From positions 124,001 through 145,118 of the forward strand of contig JBFLGF010000014.1 of assembly GCA_050230475.1 (NCBI GenBank): a stretch of 21,118 nt of DNA. Direction: 5' to 3'. The DNA comes from Ancylonema sp. (taxonomy: Eukaryota). Both the position numbers and the translations under genes were made by a program. Shown here one piece after another: positions 19,945 through 21,118 of the stretch. The notes under the pieces are model-generated. The model was not told where the DNA came from. It searched no databases and was given only the letters and a program-made list of their open reading frames with translations. The first letter of the stretch is position 1. The number at the start of each line of letters is the position of its first letter.

Positions 19945-21050
19945 ATGTCAGACAAGAGCAACATCCCCTAGTTTACTGGAGCTTCTTACAGAAGTTGGGC
20001 ATTCAAATGCCAGTATGGGTTGGTGGAGAAGAAGCTGCACCGCATCGTCATGGAGTTCGACGGGCTGGCGAGAGAACCTCGGCCAACGCCTGCCGAACCG
20101 CTGACACAGGCAGCACTCGACGCCCTACCTAATAGAGCTGCTAGGGTGATTGCTGTCGCAAATCGTCAGACCATGATTGATGCTAGGGCACCAAAAATTG
20201 CTAATTGGGTTGAACGTGACCTTGAGGCTCGAGCGTATATTGTAAAATACCTCGGCCCATCCGAACAAACACATGTCAGGAAATGTAGATATGCGCATGA
20301 GATGTGGGATACTTTGGAGAGTCATTATGTAAGGCAGGGAGAGATTGAAATCGCCAATGCTACTGCAAAGCTTTCAGCAATTGTCATGTCGGAAGCTTAG
20401 ACGTTGGATGTCTATGTTAAGCGACTGCAGGACATCTTTGAAGATCTTGATAGCATGGGTCGAGAGATGACTACATCCGAGCAAGCGACGGCCTTCCTCA
20501 ACTCCCTCAACACCTACTACTCTGCCAACGTCAGCTCCTTCAACTCTGGTCAAGGACTGCGCCTGCGCTCTACAACATCAACGACATCGTGTCTTCGATG
20601 ATTCAGAACGACGTCCGAGCTGACATCAGACGGAAGAGAGGAGAGCCAGCTGGGGCTGACGCACGAATCAACTACACTACGGATTCGGTGCAAGGCCCGG
20701 TGGTAGGCACGATGGGGGTGGTGGTAGTGGCGTACGAGACCTTCGCGGAATCCAGTGCCACGGCTGCCAGCAGTACGGGCATCTGCGAGAGAGCTGTCTT
20801 GCGGGAATCCAGCAGCAAGGGCCGAAGAAGTGCCACAATTGCGGACGTGCCGGACACCTAAAGTACGAGTGTCGAGACCCACCAAGACAACAAGGTGGAG
20901 GTCAGCAGTATGGCGGCCAGCAGCACTATGGCGGCCAGCAGAACGGTGGCGCGCAGCCTTATGGCGCGAGGAAGGAAGCATAATGGGGATGCCAAGTGCA
21001 ATTGGTGCAAGAAGGACGGACACACCGAGGATATAAGCTTTTGAGTGATT
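19945..21050 (+). pseudogene. gag: Copia gag pseudogene with up to three CCHC knuckles
   Basis: MSDKSNIP*FTGASYRSWAFK; AHEMWDTLESHY; YVKRLQDIFEDL..FLNSL. Knuckles CHGCQQYGHLRESC (20756-20797), CHNCGRAGHLKYEC (20831-20872) and degenerate CNWCKKDGHTEDIS (20997-21038). Stops at 19969 and 20398, plus frameshifts. Confidence 0.85.
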
Positions 21051-21118
21051 AGACGTGCCGGAATAATTAGGTGGGCGACAAAACGAACCGTACGCAAAAG
21101 GATCTCTATCACTGATGA

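Larger units (their letters stand above)
19214..21118 (+). mobile_element. Ty1/copia LTR retrotransposon, 5' part: LTR 19214-19703, PBS, gag
   Basis: TG...CA LTR of 490 bp, PBS GGTTATGGGCCCA and a copia-type gag. Confidence 0.88.

Overview
Eukaryotic genomic DNA, most likely from a plant or streptophyte/green alga (inferred from the plant-type TBC protein, spliceosomal introns and TE types). Bases 1-3276 are the 3' part of a spliced Rab-GAP TBC/coiled-coil gene with 7 visible exons and very G-rich introns. The rest is a nest of degenerate LTR retrotransposons, broken by two single-N probable assembly joins (4333, 18039). The nest holds: a Tcn1-like chromovirus 3' half (4334-7125); a plus-strand Ty3/gypsy RNase H-integrase fragment (7126-8709); a minus-strand Ty3/gypsy of the same family (17975 to 8710); a second chromovirus-type 3' end (about 10385-11381); a solo-LTR-like copy inside the RT (13472-14527); and a Ty1/copia 5' end with a half-tRNA-type PBS (19214-21118). 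The main find is in the minus-strand gypsy. Its polyprotein carries a full set of DNMT3-like C5 cytosine methyltransferase motifs between the protease and RT, with an atypical GWEC catalytic loop. It apparently ends in a PHD-finger remnant, followed by a PPT and an unusual composite LTR of about 1.57 kb. All TE ORFs here are pseudogenised.
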